Source of the DNA: Convolutriloba macropyga
Lineage: Eukaryota
Length of the DNA: 64,000 nt
Direction of reading: 5' to 3'
Assembly: GCF_964194025.1 (NCBI RefSeq)
Contig: NC_134471.1
Span: 62,496,001 to 62,560,000 of the forward strand
Shown here: in pieces, positions 48,811 to 62,422 of the stretch
Layout of the letters: every line of letters starts with the position of its first letter
Numbering within the stretch: position 1 is the first letter of the stretch
Translations under genes and position numbers: made by a program
Notes under the pieces: model-generated
What the model was told of the DNA's origin: nothing
The model's database searches: none
The model's input: only the letters and a program-made list of their open reading frames with translations

Positions 48811-51809
48811 AAGAAATGTTGGTGGAGTGTTTCATTGATCGGCAGTTTTGTTGGAGTGTGTTTGAAACAGGAAGTGAAACTCAAAAACAAGTGTTTAATT
48901 GAAAATTCTGAAGAACACCAAAGAACAGAAAGACGAGGGTGGTTGTCTGATTATGCAGCAAGAAAAAAAGAGAGAGAAAAGCTTCGGTGCGTGGGCAAAT
49001 GATCACGTCCATTTTTGCGAAAAATTTACTACTTTTTACATTTTTGGTTCGGCTTTGCCACTTCTTTTAGTCAAAAATAAGTCTGTTCTATTGATTCTTG
49101 TAATAGTTACTCAATGTCGGCAATGTCGGTAAATCAAATCAAACTTTGGTTTTTTTTTGTCTTGTTCTGGAGTTTTTTTGCCTTTTGTCGATTTTTTGCG
49201 CTTTTTTATTTTAATTTTATTTTTTTACGATTTTATGCATTTTTTGTCCCAATATAAAACTAGTTCGGTTTTAACATTAGTGGCAGTTCTGTGGCAGCTT
49301 TGTCTTAGAAAAAAAGAACTTTGTAGCTATTTCTATGCTTTTTTAATTGCTAAATGGAGACGTCTGCTGTTTTTTGGTCAATGCTTGAGCGGTATCTTTC
49401 TTAGATTATAAAGAAGGCTTTTGGAGAAAAAATTGTGCCCTTAAAATTTCTCTTATGATGATTTTTTGGTTTTCTCTTTTTTCTCTCTTTGGTTTTAGTA
49501 ATGGTATTTTTGTGTTCTTATCTACCCTTTGACGGTTGTTTTAGTGAGTGTTATTGGAATTCCATCCCATGTTTTTGCAAATTGGTTTTTTGAATTGCCA
49601 ATTGTGCGGCGGAATTTTTTGGGTTATACTTGGTTTTCAGATTTTACTTTTCTCATTTTATTTTTCCTACATTTTCTGTTCTTCTGTTCCTTTAGTTTTT
49701 TTTAGTGAGTAGTCGGAGAGGGCCTACTATTGACTGGCTGTAAACTTTTACTTCGAGTCTAATTCTGTCGGTCTAAGTTCTAATTCTGGAGTATTGTGAC
49801 TGTTTGTTTATTTAAAATAAATCGAGTAGTTGCTGACTAAATTTTTTCTTGAAGTTCTTACAATTCTTTAAGTTTGATTGCATGCTTTTTGATTTTTTCC
49901 GCGAGAATCTCACAGTGGTATCAACACTCTCATTTCTCTACCGATAGGATATTGAACGGGTTGTGAATTTCGAGCTCCTACTTTTTTGCTCTTCATTTCC
50001 AGGTTTTATAAATGCCAAAAAAATTGGCTTTGAGAAAAAAGTTTCAATCGCTCAAAAATACCTTACACACCATTGATTTTTTTCTAAAAAATCTTTTGTT
50101 TTTTTTAGTTCGATGAATAGGTCTCAACTAACTAAAATTTGATGGTAACAAATGGTATTTATTAACGAAACCTTAAGATTTTACTATCTCAATCCGAAGA
50201 GAAGTTTTTTTTTATTTTCAAATTTTCTTCGTAGAACATGGCAACTAATTTATTCTGACCATCACTTCGAGGGCGAAATGTTACTTTTTGCTACCAATTG
50301 TTCAGTAAATCTCATATAGGCAAAGGAATGTTGTTGGAGTGTTTCATTGATCGGCAGTTTTGTTGGAGTGTGTTTGAAACAGGAAGTGAAACTCAAAAAC
50401 AAGTGTTTAATTGAAAATTCTGAAGAACACCAAAGAACAGAAAGACGAGGGTGGTTGTCTGATTATGCAGCAAGAAAAAAAGAGAGAGAAAAGCTTCGGT
50501 GCGTGGGCAAATGATCACGTCCATTTTTGCGAAAAATTTACTACTTTTTACATTTTTGGTTCGGCTTTGCCACTTCTTTTAGTCAAAAATAAGTCTGTTC
50601 TATTGATTCTTGTAATAGTTACTCATGTCGGTAAATCAAATCAAACTTTGGTTTTTTTTGTCTTGCTCTGGCGTTTTTTTGCCTTTTGTCGATTTTTTGC
50701 GCTTTTTTATTTTTTTACGATTTTATGCATTTTTTGTCCCAATATAAAACTAGTTCGGTTTTAACATTAGTGGCAGTTCTGTGGCAATTTTGTCTTAGAA
50801 AAAAAGAACTTTGTAGCTATTTCTATGCTTTTTTAATTGCTAAATGGAGACGTCTGCTGTTTTTTGGTCAATGCTTGAGCGGTATCTTTCTTAGATTATA
50901 AAGAAGGCTTTTGGAGAAAAAATTGTGCCCTTAAAATTTCTCTTATGATGATTTTTTGGTTTTCTCTTTTTTCTCTCTTTGGTTTTAGTAATGGTATTTT
51001 TGTGTTCTTATCTACCCTTTGACGGTTGTTTTAGTGAGTGTTATTGGAATTCCATCCCATGTTTTTGCAAATTGGTTTTTTGAATTGCCAATTGTGCAGC
51101 GGAATTTTTTGGGTTACACTTGGTTTTCAGATTTTACTTTTCTCATTTTATTTTTCCTACATTTTCTGTTCTTCTGTTCCTTTAGTTTGTTTTTTTAGTG
51201 AGTAGTCGGAGAGGGCCTACTATTGACTGGCTGTAAACTTTTACTTCGAGTCTAATTCTGTCGGTCTAAGTTCTAATTCTGGAGTATTGTGACTGTTTGT
51301 TTATTTAAAATAAATCGAGTAGTTGCTGACTAAATTTTTTCTTGAAGTTCTTACAATTCTTTAAGTTTGATTGCATGCTTTTTGATTTTTTCCGCGAGAA
51401 TCTCACAGTGGTATCAACACTCTCATTTCTCTACCGATAGGATATTGAACGGGTTGTTGATTTCGAGCTCCTACTTTTTTGCTCTTCATTTTCAGGTTTT
51501 ATAAATGCCAAAAAAATTGGCTTTGAGAAAAAAGTTTCAATCGCTCAAAAATACCTTACACACCATTGATTTTTTTCTAAAAAATCTTTCGTTTTTTTTA
51601 GTTCGATGAATAGGTCTCAACTAACTAAAATTTGATGGTAACAAATGGTATTTATTAACGAAACCTTAAGATTTTACTATCTCAATCCGAAGAGAAGTTT
51701 TTTTTTTATTTCCAAATTTTCTTCGTAGAACATGGCAACTAATTTATTCTGACCATCATTTCGAGGGCGAAATGTTACTTTTTGCTACAAATTGTTCAGT
51801 AAATCTCAT
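48811..51809. repeat. Tandem duplication of a ~1.5-kb unit (48811-50315, 50322-51809), probably including a minus-strand LINE ORF1 remnant
   Basis: Near-identical copies (ORFs 48899/50411). The minus strand shows QIILSILP (copy 2 flank), ISCHVLRR, IPFVTIKF, KVFLSD in the order expected of ORF1 RRM motifs. Confidence 0.85.
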
Positions 51810-54800
51810 TTTTGCAAGCTTAAATTGAGGAACAGATTGCTAAGAATGGAAGAATACTGAGTATAATTTGTATATGTTTGAAGAACGACGGAGATTTGTT
51901 TGTTGATTTAACTCTAAATAAAAAATAAGATTTTCAATTGAATTTTGTATTATTACCAGCTTTCCTTACCTTTAATAACATTGTTGAATTTACTAACTAC
52001 CATACCGCTTAAATAAATTTACTAAGCTTAGAGAGCAAAAGTTTACAACTCATCCCCTGTAGTTGAACAAACCGTACGAACACATACTTCTTTTTTTTTT
52101 CTGTGGAATGGAATCATTGTTCTTACAATGACAAAATTGCTATTAATCACTTTTCAAGAAAAAAACAGAGAATTTCATTCTCTCACATACCAATCAGCGT
52201 TTTGTCATTTATCTCAATTTTTTTAAGTCAAATTGAAAACAATATTGAGGAGGAAATATTATACAATATTATTTATAACTAGGATCCACTTTATTGCAAA
52301 GACTCTCCTTGCCTTCATAAGATGAAACACTAGCATCATAAATGCAAAAATTGAAGCCTATTGTTATGTTCTCAAGTTTTCTTAGTCTACTTTTTACAAC
52401 CGAGACAAAGAGTACACCATTAAAAAACCCTCATATTTTAATAATTTCAGATTGTGTTATTCTTAAGTTCTTAAACGCCGTGATGAGAACTTCTGAAAAT
52501 ATTGTGAGAGAGCAGTTTCTTCTCCTTTCTGTTTATCAGATATTCGAGTTTTTCAATCACGATCTGACATCATTGCGAAATTTCGGGAATGTTCAAGACA
52601 ATTAAACCATTCACCGATATATTATATCAATGAATCGTGACACAGGAATGCGATATTTACAATAGATCTTTTGTTCTTCACTAGTCAGAATTAAAGAATG
52701 AAAAGTAATGCAGTTTCAAAAAGTCGGAGCAACTACAGACAAAAAGAAATAATTTACTTGGGGTTGTCTTTTTATACAAATCACAAAACAAAACAAGCTA
52801 GACTTCACGATTTTCTTTGGAAATTAGTGTTCATCAAGCAAGCTCATGTGTCTGTTATCTGAAAAAGTAAGCATGCTAATTAAAATTTGTTTAAAATTTG
52901 AAAAACGTTATAAAGTTTATGCGCACTTAACAATATTTGCAAAGAATTGTTCACAATTTTTATTACTAAGTGATATTTAGGTGCATAGTGCCTTAAAACA
53001 CTGCCAAAAACAATGGTCTGCGCTACACTCACTAATAAAATTCTGCTTCTTTTCTAACGTTAAATTAGGACTAGTAAAGGAGAGGAGAAGCTTTTTACTT
53101 TCTTTGGAGAATAATACTTCAAAACGGTTCTGAAGTGCATTCAGATTACCAGACAATGTTTTGGGTACAACAGCCAGATCTGTTTTAGCGCTCTTAGGGG
53201 TAAATGATTCAGATGAATCAGGCGGAAAATTAACTTCTTTTTGCCAATTGGAAACTGCAGTTAGAGCTATTAATGATATATTAGAAATGTAGGTTAAGTG
53301 CCATGTTAATAAAGTTCATTGATTTCCTCCTTTTTGTAATGATTGAGGTCAACTTCAAGTATAACAGAACCAGTTATGCTTCACGTTCTTTATTAGAAAA
53401 TAAAGTTTTCCAAAATTATGGCTCACTATTTAGAAAGCACGCTCTATCATGATTTTGCTACCAAGTAGTTCTGTTTTGTTATGCTGTCGGTCTCATTATA
53501 AAACATGATTGAACCACACTAATTTTTTGATATTCAAAACCATTACTCATAAAGAGTTAATGAGAAAAACGTGAAATCTCTGGGACGGAGTCTTGATTAA
53601 GGATGATGTAATCCAAAACTTAAAAAATGGGCTCACTGGACAGAAATTGTGCTTTTTCAAACATTCAATCAAAGGAAAATCGAATGAAAAAAGCTACCTT
53701 GTGACATCTACAACGTTTTTGTGAGTACTGTATTTTTTTTCATTTTATCTCTCTGATCTGAACTCAATCAGTAAATTCTATGGAACCTATTCTATTGAAA
53801 AACTCTTGAATTGCGTTCAAAACTATCGGAATACATCTCGAACCAATTTGGTCAATGTACAGCCCGTTTTTTAAAAAAAGATCTCGAACAGCCATGCAAT
53901 AGGGATGAACTGAGAACTTCAAATCTAAATTCTAGATTCTCTGAAAAAAATAAGGAGATTTGTCTGCCGTAAACTGATCCATAACATACATAAATTACGT
54001 GACAGAGAAATTGTTAACAGTTTTTTTCAATCCTTATTTATCTGGATTTTCAATCAATTGAGTTTCAGCGAATATAATTGGTGACGTAGGATTTTTCAAA
54101 TCTCATGAGGGAAGGGAAAATACAAAAATCAGATATAAATTTTGCAGCAGTTTATAATTTTATTTAGTCTGACTTCTAAAATTTCTTTGTAACTCCAGTT
54201 TTCCTTGAAGAAATAACGTTTTTAGTGCGAGCAGAAGAAACAATCTTCGTAACTGGGGGTCCAACATAAAATGAAAAACATTAGCAGATACATGAAATTG
54301 TCCTCAAATAAACCCAAAGATTACACCAAAAAAACTTAGCTCATTTTTTCTAATATTACACGTTTCTGGGTTAAATGATTGATTTTGAGAAAACCAAGTT
54401 TTTATCGGTCATCAGTTTCTCGGTTGGAAAAAATTTCTATGAAAAAAAAAAGAACGCCATTTAGAAGTTTGAAAATCTTAACTGAAGTGACTCTGTTTTT
54501 CTGAATTACAAGATGAGGTTTCTGTGGCGGCTGAGCTTACTAACTCAATAACCAAAATGGAAAGCGCTTCAAGGCCATTTCAAGCATTAAAGCTAGAAGA
54601 GCATGACGAGCGAAATTCAATGTTACAATCTATCGAAACCATACGGATTTGTTCATTTTGTTCAACATTTATATTTAGCAACTATTATTAGTACACAATC
54701 GTCATACATGAAGTTAAACTGAAGTCAAACTCGAACTACGCTATTATTGCCACGTACTCAAGTGTTCACAACCACGCAAATATAGCTCAAATGAAGCAAG

Positions 54801-57800
54801 AGATTTCCAACTTGGTAAACCAGATTCGATGAATTTGGCGACTTTCATACCAATTCAGAGAGTGCGGAGCACCGTATACGGTATCCCGAACCCCAAATTC
54901 AGGGTATTCAGAGAATCTTACGACATAAAAATCTACAATCAATCAGAGATGCAATTTTGACATGTACGGCAGTATAAGTAGAGCTTGAAAAACTAACAAA
55001 AATCATAAGAAATTTGCAATTTTGGTTTTATTAAGCTGTCATACAGTGCGTATTAAAGCACACTTTCTTGAGCGGTTAATTACTTGTTATTGTGTCTTGT
55101 TTCTGTAGGTCATTTTACTGATTGTACAGTTTTAACTTAACTCTGACTTGTGAAAAGAGAATTAACTTTGATAATCTCAAAACTTTCTTTCTGAGGAACA
55201 AAGTTCCTAAGTCAGGGAAATATTGTGCAAAGCATAAAGTCAGTTTCCTTTACTGTCTATAACGAAGCCCATTCTAGTTCAACATTGGTGTTATTGAAAT
55301 CAATAGAGACTTGATAACTTTGAAGCTAGAAAAATTATATCATTATCAGATTTGCAAATGGTAAAAGACCCTGTTTTACAACAGCTATTTGTAGCAGGTT
55401 GAAACTGTGCATAGTTATAGCCAAGTTATAGGGCTACATTTTTTTGGAAACTAGATTTCCGAAATTCGGTTTATAACTTGAGTTATTAACCAAAACACCA
55501 TATTCTGAGAGAAACAAGTTTGTTATTCAGCAAAGCTGAGCAATTAGTTATCAGGAGTAATAGAGCAACAAGTAATGCAACGGTAAGCTACAGTTTAGCG
55601 GATAATACAGTTCACAAAAGTTAACTGCAAAAACACAATATTCGGACAGATTTGAAACCGCTGAAACGAACTGGGAGGTGTAACGTTTTCTTGACTTTGA
55701 TAGGAGTGCAGCCGTTACAGTTTAGATTCTTTTTTTGGAAAAAGACACGAGCACATAAATTATAAACAGTAAAGTATCCAGGAGGCTCATGTTGAGGTTT
55801 TTAAAAAAAAGATAAAAAATTTTGAAGCAGGTTTGTTGGAAGGGTCTCAATATTTTTAAAACGTTATAAAGTTTACACGTATTTAACAATTTTTGCAAAA
55901 AAAAGATGCCTCAATATTTTCATTGGTAAGTGATATTTTGATAACGTGCGCTATAAAATGCTAACAGAAACATTGATCTGTGTTACCAAAACCGACAAAT
56001 CTTTTTTTTCAAAAAGACAATGATGTCTTTTCTACTTTAAGGGTTTTTGTTTTTGTTTTTCAAAAAAATGGGAATAAAATGAATTTAATCTTTCTCGTAC
56101 AGCAACTGTTTTATTAACAATGATAAAGGGGTAATCATTGAAGCAAATATTTGTCAGCAGTAATCAGTTTTCATGCCAATATGTTCTCGTTAATCTATGA
56201 ATAATAAGAAACATTATATTGTGAAATCACAAGAAGTGGTTCAATACGATACTTTGAAGTAATACCTTTGATGCGCTAATTTAAAGTTTTCCAGGCTTTT
56301 TGGACCAAAATCTGAATTAAGATTATGTTTTTGGCACGGATTGTTTCAATGTACAATTACTTTGATTCAAACAAAAATTCAACGATTTAATTCTGAATGT
56401 TTGAGGACTTTATTCTGCCTCGATTTATAAGCAAAAAATGACGGAATGATTAGCCTCTACAAGTTTTTGTTCGCAAAATCATGAAAGCTCCGAAAAAAAC
56501 TGCAATACTTCAGTATCGCAAACTGAGTTTGCAATTTGAGAAAACTCAGGACAATAAGGTTTTGAATTTTATCATAACTTTTAGTTTTCAAAACGTAAAC
56601 CGTGGTAAGCCCAATGATGAGTTTTGCAGCTCAAGGTTATTTTTCTTTTGAACGCATGAAGTTACCGATAACAAAGATAAGCAATAACTTGTTGCTTTTT
56701 ACGATAGCGCAAAAAATCGTTGCGGTACATACATAATTTAATTGTCTTCATCTGTATTTTTGTTTCGTGAGGTTGGAGATTTTTTTTTGAAAGCGGCAAA
56801 ACTTTGCAGCATTTCATCGACCTAAATGGCTGGATCCCCAGGTTAATTGTTTCTGAAAGAGAATAATTAGATATAGGATTGACTAGAGTCAACTAGAGCT
56901 TGAAAAAAACTAAATTATAATACTTTTGGATGCTCATTTAAAGTTTTAAGCTTTTAATTAGATTTCTGCCAGTCAGATATCAACAGTTACTTGTGTCAAT
57001 CAGCAAGCAACATTTTCTAATGGTTACATTTTGAATGCCATTTGTTCATCCACTTTAGAAAGCTTTAAAAAAACATCTTTGAATTCTTCTAGATCCAATT
57101 ATTAGGTTATGGTTTCCTATTAGGCGCATATTTCGGACATAATTGTTGTTAGCAGCTGTTGCATTTGATAAATTACAGCAAATGAAATTAAAGAAGTATA
57201 TGAAGGCGGGCAAAAACCAGCTTTACAAGATGAATGGTAACACAAAATAGGAATTTTAGCAAATATTTAATGATGTTCCTCAATTTTTTACATCAAAACT
57301 AATCTCGTTTGTGGTCTCATTGCGCTGAAAGAATAGGTTGAATAAAACGGTTCAACTGAACAATAATGTTGCCAAAAATAAGCTTCTTGTTGAAATTAAG
57401 GAACAGAAAGATAATTTCTGTAATTTTTGGTCAAATGTTATCAGCATTTTGGCACTTCATTTATCGTTAAAAAAAGGGCTTGTTGGAGTCCATCTCACCC
57501 AAACTCTGCGCTTTAAAAATTTGCTTTTTTTGTTCCGACCCCACTTACGAGGAGAGGAACTATATACTCAAATGGGTTTCTTTTGTTCAGACAATTTTGG
57601 CCGATCGATATATTCATCGAAGAGAAATGTGAGCGGTATCATTAAAAAGTTTTTTTAATTTCGTTTCAAAAGATCTTTTTGAATTTCGATTTTTTCCAAG
57701 GAGTTATCGAGGATTGAAGTTTTTTTTGAACACGGGATATTTGGCATGATTTTGTTCACTTTTAGTGTAATTTTTCTTCAAATTAAGATCTCTTTATAAA

Positions 57801-58239
57801 AAAAAAGTTAAATGAAAATAAAATTTTTACGAAAGTAACTGAATCAATTTTGAGTTCCTAACAGACGAAGGGCGATAAAAAAAGACTATTTCTGGTCTCC
57901 TAGGAAAGTTTATGATAAAAAAATCGAATTCTATTTGAGATCTCTTTTTTAGAAAACTTTTCTTATTTTTTTGTTTTCTTAAGTCACCTAGAGACTAGTC
58001 ACATTTCATATCGAGTTTCCGTTGATGACAAACCTGATTTACAGTCTAATGAAGCCCAATTCCTTTTCAAGGAACAAAAAATTTGCTTTCAATGTTTTCG
58101 TGTTTTTTTTTTTGCATCGACTCTGTTTTTTCGAGATTTTAAAGGAAAAATCGTTGACTAAATCTATGGCATAAAATCGTTGACTACAATTGCAATAGGT
58201 TTCATAATGAGCCTTAAGTGAACCTATCTAGAGCGTGGA

Positions 58240-59330
58240 GTGGACAGCTAATGGCTGTTAGGAATTTAGAAATGATTTTCGAGAATTTCTTTTGACATTA
58301 ACCGATCATAAACTTATCTTCGTGAATTGTAAGTCAGTCTCAGCAATGTCAGGACCCCCTTCCTTTTCATTGAAACCAAAATGAATCTGGTGAGATTGGT
58401 TTTATCGTCTAACTATTTATTGTATGACATCAATGCCACAAGATTCCAAAGTTTTTTAAGAAATGTTTTTGGGTATTTTCGTAATATTGGTTCCTCTTGA
58501 AAATTTACCACATTATCCTGATATTGATATCTCTCATTGGCTTAGAGAAGACGTTCAATGGATCTTGCATAAAATTTTCAGAGTAAAACTTATGGCTCAA
58601 ATGTCTTCGACACTTTCTTCTTGCACTTTTCTACTGATTTTTTAAATTTTTGTTTGTATTTGTTGTTGCTTTCTTTGTCAATGACCTGTTGTATTGGTTT
58701 ATTGATGAAATATGAATGGCAAACAGCCTTGTTTCCATGGCCAAAAAACTTATTGTGACGTTCTATTAATTACTTATATATGAAAAATATTCTCGTCCTC
58801 CAATTGAGGCATAATTTAGCGTATTTATTGATTTCCGTTGAAAGCTATCGGTTTTAATGGCTTTAAAATAATTTTTCGAGAAATTTTTTTAACCTTAACC
58901 GATCTTAAACTTATTAACGTGAACTGTAAGTCAGTCTCAGAAATGATCGCGCCTTCTTTCTCAAGAATTCAACTGAAAATAACCTAGTTAGCGCTCTAAT
59001 CTTCTATCTATTAGTGTTATGACTTCGATGCACGAGTTCTCAAATCTTTTTAAAACTTTGGATATTTTTTCTTATTTTTGGTTCCTTTTCGAATCTAAAC
59101 ACGTAATCCTAATATTGGTAGTTCCCATTGTCCTAGAGAAGACGTTCATTGGATCATAGATAAAGTCTGCAGAGAAATGCTTATGGTTTAAATGGCTTCG
59201 ACACTTTCTTGTCGCACTCTTCGACTCAATTTTTGGAATTTTTGGAAAACATCCTTGTTGTCTCAACGAGGCATAGTCTAGCGTATTTATTAGCTTCCGT
59301 TGAAAACTATTTAGTTTAACGGCTTTGATA
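58240..59330. repeat. Old diverged tandem duplication (~600-bp period), possibly of coding sequence on the minus strand
   Basis: TTAACCGATC.TAAACTTAT...GTAAGTCAGTCTCAG at ~58298 and ~58895; TAGAGAAGACGTTCA at ~58543 and ~59133; TAGCGTATTTATT at ~58818 and ~59279. Confidence 0.7.
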
Positions 59331-61099
59331 CTACGTGTTAAAAAATTTCGTGGTTTTAATGTATTTATTAATGTTTGTTGATTTATTGGAGTCAAAAAAT
59401 TAAAAAAGGGAATCCCATTGCTGTTAAAAACTAATTGAAAGGGGAAAATTTTTCACTGAAAAATTCATCTTTTAATGGTTTCGACACTTTTTTTTTTGAA
59501 TTTCTGTTTTTGGCTTGTTTTTTATTCTTTAGGTGGCCGTAAAATGCTTAACGGTCTCATTCGCTTGTAATTGGGGATTGAAACAATGCTGTTACCCTAC
59601 GCAGATAGTTGTAAGCGAATAGTTGTAAAGTTTATGATAATACACATTTCTAAGATTTACTGTTCCCTGTATTTTAAAAATGAACAAGTTTACTGTTAAA
59701 AAGACGAAACTGATGTTTTGTTTGTTGGACAATATGTGTTTTTAAAAAACGTTATGTGAGTGATGTATTTGTGTATTTTTTCTCTTCCTTTAGCGCACAA
59801 TCGCGTAATAACAGTTCCCAATGACTTTCAAATGTGGCCCAATTGAACTTAATTACTCATTCAGTATAATTTTAGCTCATTCAGTATACTCATTCAGTAT
59901 AATTCAATATATAGAAAATGAAATAAAAATACATAATATTCAGATAAGTCCTAATACTTTTAATGGCATCGCTAATTTGTGTTTTTGCAATGTTTGTAAT
60001 TTGTTGTTTGTAATAATTTGAGTTTTTCTGCATCTTTAGTCCGTTCCTATGGCTTAATCAAAACCCGATGACAGGTCCTATTGTTTTCTTTATTACATTT
60101 TAGTATATTTATAAGGAATTATTTTGTTAAAACCTAATGTTTTGAATCTATTTGGTTAAAAAGGTTGATTGATTTTTGAATTTCGCCTCATTATTCCTTC
60201 TTTTTTATCGACTTGTGACTTAGTCTCATTAAGGATAATTTCCATCTTTTGTGTAGTTAGGAAAAATTAAATATATGTAGTTAGGGTTATGTCTGACTGT
60301 AATTTGACGTTGTTAATAGGTGCTTTTAAATTTAGATATTGAGTTTTTGCCGTGAAATTTTTGTCTTTGCTTTTTTAATGTTTTTTCCCGTTCTCTTTTT
60401 AATTGCGATTTCGTGGTAATGAGGCATGGCATTTCTTAACTCAATTATTAGTTTGGTTTTGTAACGATTTTTTAAAAATCAAACATCTATTTTTGATTAT
60501 ATTTTTGTCAAAAATGTCAGTCAAAAGACAGTTAAGTCAAAAATGTGGATGAGCGCGGGTCAGAACATCATGTGCGAACGCACTTTAACGAGCCTCCATG
60601 TTATCTTAATTACTCTTACGATCTTGTATCTGATACCCTTATTCTGCCATGAGATTTTTCAGATTGTTAAACCTCTTTTCGGCAAGGAATGAAATTCTCT
60701 AACCAGTTATATGATATTTCTGGGGCCATAAATTTTATTTGTTCTATAGTTATTAGCTCAAACATGGCTGTCGCAAGAAAAACGGACGTCTTCTGCAAAG
60801 TAATCTGCTCCATTGAGCCGCAGAAATAAAAAGCAAGCAATGCGCATTTGATCACGGAGTGACCAAAAAATCTGAGGTCAAATTTGTAAGAAAAAAATTG
60901 TAAATTAATGCGAGAGTTGCTAATCAGTAAATACACCTGCGCTTTTCTATCAAAATAGCTGGCCGTTGAAAACATTGCTGCCCAGCGGTTCGTGACAGTG
61001 CAAATCGTAGCTGAATTTGTCTGAAAAGGAGTTTTTATTTGACTGCCATTATTCTGTTGCCTGATTTTTGAGTAAAAATTTCTGCATGAAAAATATAGA

Positions 61100-61701
61100 G
61101 TTCAGCTTAACAACTTACATGTGCGCACTTGTAAAATCTATTTTATATAGAAAGTCGTAACCACTCATATAAACCGGCTTAGTCCTAATTAGCTTGGAGC
61201 TAGAGTATGTATAAAGAGCTTGCAAACTTCAAATGTAATCAGTTGAGCTAAAAACTAATGAAATTGCGCTGCTCAGACTTCATTCTGTCTCATTCAGCTT
61301 AAAATTCCAAACCTTTTCCAAGCATAGCTTTAACCTGGAATAAGTGACTCAACTGAATGAATTAAGTTTTTACTATTGAACTGTGTTGGTTTACCCAGGA
61401 CGAGGTGAGCACTGAGGGTTCCAGACCGACTTCAGTCGCGCATTGGCGGTACTCTGATTGACACTTGTAATTGTCGAAGTATCAAAACTAATTGGTAAGA
61501 TAGATTATTTCGTGATTATGATTTCTCGACTCTAAAGTAAAGAATATCTATTTGTTGCGGGTGCTCAAGAGTCTCAGCGCAACCTAATATTCACGACCTG
61601 ATTTTCGAGTTTTACAACGGCTTGGTTTGTGACTCGGTTCCAATTGACTAACAATTTCGTCGAAACTCTTAGTCGCTTGGTTGTATTAAAGGAGTGTAAC
61701 A
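61100..61701 (+). mobile_element. Possible solo LTR
   Basis: TGT...TAACA ends and an internal TATAAA (61210-61215); flanks TTACA/TTATT give no convincing TSD. Confidence 0.25.
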
Positions 61702-62422
61702 TTATTTTTGATTGAAGTTAAGAATATCCTTAGTGATAATCTATGTTCAATTTCATGCTGAAGTTGGTAAGGCTCCAGCCAAATGGCAGTATTGTTGCTG
61801 ACTTCGTGTAAAGAAAGCTCAAATAATTTAGAACTCGGAAGATCTTAGGACCAAGAAAAGTTTTACATAAAACAGTAATGTTGATGAAAAATCAAGTTTT
61901 ACTGCAATCTGAGAGAAAACTGTTCTTTTTAACAGTTTTTAATGGTTGAGGATACAAAAATGTCGCACTAATTTAACATTTCGGTTAACGTAAATAAACA
62001 TATAGATATCATTAATAACATGACAATACTTGTTGATGATAGGCAAATCAATTATAGTGACTTAAGTCGATATTTACGTAGTAAATCTCAAATTAACGAA
62101 CTATTTGCATTCATTGACATAAGCAAGGCCGATACAAAGGTAACACTATATGCCTCAAATATAAGGCTTCTGACCATGAATGAGCACCTAAACGATCATA
62201 GACATAACAATTTAAGAAATTTAACAATAAATGACAAAAAAAATCAAAAAATACTTTTTTGCACAATATAGATGCTAATAGCCACACCCGTAAAAATGAT
62301 GCAATGATGTTTTTTGAGTCTGTAGATAGCTTAGAGGTTACCCTAGCCGTGTGCTAAAACCTCGGGTTGCTCACATTTGTGTTCCCAAAATCGGGGGCTC
62401 TACAAAATTTGGGTCACAACCT

